Positions 62,770 through 64,000 of a stretch of DNA of 64,000 bases are shown piece by piece. The notes below the pieces were generated by a model that saw only the letters and a list, made by a program, of their open reading frames with translations, was not told the DNA's origin and did no database searches. The position numbers and the translations under genes were made by a program. The DNA is from Octopus sinensis (taxonomy: Eukaryota): contig NC_043001.1 of NCBI RefSeq assembly GCF_006345805.1, forward strand, positions 65,348,001 through 65,412,000, in the 5' to 3' direction. Numbering within the stretch: the stretch's first letter is position 1; every line of letters starts with the position of its first letter.

Positions 62770-63080
62770 GGCGTCAGCCGGTCGCCACCCGCTTCAATAC
62801 AACAGGCAGTTCCATTACGCACTTATCAGTGTGCGGCATCAATGTACATTATGGATCCACATTCTAAGGGAAGTGGAGGAAACAAAGTTTCATGTTCTTA
62901 GTACTTTAAACCCTTTATTATCCACCAACTTCCTTCTCACCTCACTCTTAACTTTGCCTATTTCTCCTCCTCATTCCATTCCCCTTTCATCTACCACTTA
63001 CATGATGTTTCTCTCTTCTACCACTCACACGCTGTTTCTCTCTTCTACCACCTCTTGTTCATGTATGAAATTCACGTGAT
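62770..63080 (+). mobile_element. Penelope-like element, extreme 3' fragment
   Basis: Frameshifted RFNTTGSSITHLSVCGI and REVEETKF..LSTLNP (GIY-YIG C-terminus), followed by a CT-rich pLTR-like tract. Confidence 0.55.
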
Positions 63081-63904
63081 TCTGCGTTCCTTATCAGTTG
63101 CAGCCACTTTTTAAGAATATAGATGTAAAACTCTGCTGGCTCTCATTAATTTGTTTCCATTCAACATATGTATATGTGAATGTCGTATATAAAATTGTAA
63201 GGCATAACATTTTAAATAAACATACAAAATAAAACCCAGTTATTTCACAGGTTCTTATCTTTCCGTAGGATTGACCTGATGAATTTTTAGCCTTGTTAGA
63301 CTTTCGTCAGTGAAAGAGTACCCATTTTTTGTCCAAAGAGTGATTCGTCTGCTTATAACTATAAATAGTGTAATCAAACTCGGACACAGCTAAACTGGTG
63401 CGATTGAATTACATAATAGTGTATACACTGACAACATTAATACAAGCAGATGAGTAGAAATCTGTTAGATAGAGCCTACTCATTCCGTCACGGCGAGATA
63501 AAGTTAGTAGTGTAATATTGTTTACTTTTCACAGTAAGACTGAAAATATGCCTATCGAGAAAAAAAGCTACCTTTCATTTCAAATTATACCAACAGCTGT
63601 GTAGTGTATTATTTCCCACGTACACACGGACGTACATACATACATACATACATACATACATACATACATACATACATACATACATCAATTGCATGAATAC
63701 CAAAAGAACAGGAGTTACGTAATCACTTTCCTTAGCTTACTTCTGTTTCAGCTATAAGAAGCTTGTTTTCAGAGCTGAGTACTTGTGCGACATCTTATGG
63801 CAAGAAAAGCTGTAGACTAATGAAAGTGATTACCTAACTCTTGTTCCTTTGTCAATTATTAATTGCTATCACGCACTATACTCACCTGATGGTTTAGTCT
63901 AAAG

Positions 63905-64000
63905 CATAAGTTTTGCCGAACGGGAACATAAACAAACGAACACCGGTTGTCAAGAGGTGGTGGAGACAAACAAAGGCACAAAGACACACAAATACATATG
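63905..64000 (-). mobile_element. SINE family B fragment cut by window edge
   Basis: ttttgccgaac..aacaccggttgtcaag..ggagacaaac antisense to family B. Confidence 0.55.

Noticed and set aside
63275-63315. ctgatgaa...ttcgtcag hairpin with hammerhead-like cores on both strands
   Set aside because: Neither strand completes the GAAA plus stem I requirements.

Overview
AT-rich, repeat-saturated animal genomic DNA with long (TAA)n, (TATG)n, (CA)n, (AT)n and (GA)n microsatellites and no recognisable host gene. The SINE and LINE repertoire looks like a coleoid cephalopod (octopus-like). That assignment is from recall of repeat families, not from a search. The window is a transposon graveyard. It holds two L1/Tx1-clade LINEs, both inside copies of one tRNA-derived SINE family, and two ORF1-only Tx1-like elements inserted about 15 bp apart in one Helentron-type (HINE/DINE-1-like) element. 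It also holds a 7-kb nest of R4/Dong-type RLE LINEs in (TAA)n, an RTE fragment, three Tc1/mariner remnants, two MITEs and several Penelope-like elements (PLEs). The strongest hidden signal is RNA-structural: at least seven loci carry minimal type-I hammerhead ribozyme motifs with self-complementary stem III, most in fold-back (inverted) insertions typical of PLE mobilisation. One is a tRNA-headed SINE with a hammerhead and a 15-bp target-site duplication (TSD). All structures were folded by eye and boundaries without a TSD are approximate.
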